DNA of 64,000 bases. Source: Nitrosopumilus sp. Lineage in GTDB: Archaea > Thermoproteota > Nitrososphaeria > Nitrososphaerales > Nitrosopumilaceae. Under the pieces are notes generated by a model. That model worked only from the letters and a program-made list of their open reading frames with translations, searched no databases and had not been told where the DNA came from. Every line of letters starts with the position of its first letter. Position 1 is the stretch's first letter. Location of the stretch: positions 2,080,001-2,144,000 of the forward strand of contig OZ252243.1 in assembly GCA_965249555.1 (NCBI GenBank), read 5' to 3'. The translations under genes were made by a program, and so were the position numbers. Of this stretch, positions 63,541 to 64,000 are shown piece after piece.

Positions 63541-63608
63541 TGAGGGTCAGAACGGTTTTCTGTCATCATATTGATGTTCAGCTCAACGCCGCTCTCATCA
63601 TCCCCTCA
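63541..63608 (-). ncRNA. box C/D-like sRNA 4
   Basis: TGAGGGG-ATGATGA-GAGCGGCGTTGAG-CTGA-ACATCAAT-ATGATGA-CAGAAAACCGTT-CTGA-CCCTCA. Confidence 0.75.
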
Positions 63609-64000
63609 TTATCAATCTAGAATGTTTTGAAATGTGTAAATTGGAGTTTTGTAAAATTTTAGGATATTTGGAAAATTGTATTGGGTTTTGTAAAGTTTTA
63701 GGATTTTGGAAAATTGTAAAGTTTGGAGTTTTGCAGAGTTGTAAATGGTTTTGGAAAAAAGTCAGTTTCTTGTAATGATTTTGTGGTTTTTGATTTTGTT
63801 GTCTGTTTTTTTGGTTTTAGTTTTGGGTTGTAAAGCGTTGCAATATTCTGCAACGCCAAAACATCCTGAAAATTCAATCAAAATATTTTCTTGTACCGTT
63901 TTTCTGCAGATACTAGAATTCAGGCTCTCCGTCATCTGCAATTCCCGGTTTTGTATCAGAGATGGTATCTTTTTTTGGATCTGGATTGATTGTTCCCATA

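Larger units (their letters stand above)
62809..63652. repeat. tandem array, 234-bp period, about 3.6 units
   Basis: agactgcact at 62951, 63185 and 63419; a partial unit at 62809-62950. Confidence 0.95.
54300..64000 (-). mobile_element. integrated plasmid/ICE- or virus-like region (early/leading-type gene cluster); boundaries approximate
   Basis: co-oriented short genes including ArdC, DUF2958-like, SWIM and thermonuclease; repeated structured leaders; no IS decay. Confidence 0.6.

Noticed and set aside
62839-63608. Canonical TIGR-Tas locus
   Set aside because: Units are much longer than compact TIGR repeats, only one guide varies, and no Nop-domain Tas gene is visible here; kept only as an analogy.
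62809-63652. CRISPR array
   Set aside because: The period is 234 bp with only a 6-7 nt variable patch; no 25-45 bp repeat/spacer alternation and no cas genes in the window.
1-64000. tRNA or rRNA genes, or a tRNA-based att site
   Set aside because: No cloverleaf or rRNA-like sequence recognised by eye; tRNAscan-SE would confirm.

Overview
Archaeal DNA, most likely a Nitrosopumilus-like ammonia-oxidising thaumarchaeote, possibly host-associated given the load of adhesins, proteases and IS elements. 1-3.7 kb is housekeeping (bioD, HMG-CoA synthase, DsbA-like). About 4.2-54 kb is an IS-riddled exoprotein island: HYR/FN3 adhesins, secreted protease-partner pairs, a reused promoter cassette, a ScaI-like R-M system with a broken R gene, and IS110, IS630, IS66, IS6-like and IS982/IS5-like elements. 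One adhesin is frameshifted at a G10 tract in its signal peptide. About 54.3-64 kb looks like the early/leading region of an integrated mobile element (ArdC, DUF2958-like, SWIM, thermonuclease; all minus strand). Top candidates: (1) a 234-bp-period array of four box C/D-like guide RNAs (62839-63608, minus) with a near-constant D' guide matching the archaeal 16S h31 region and a variable D guide, directly upstream of the nuclease gene; (2) six copies of a covarying pseudoknot motif in the leaders of the element's genes; (3) an IS110 non-coding end whose two loops match its own target and donor junctions (bridge-RNA-like). All calls are by eye; no database searches were run.
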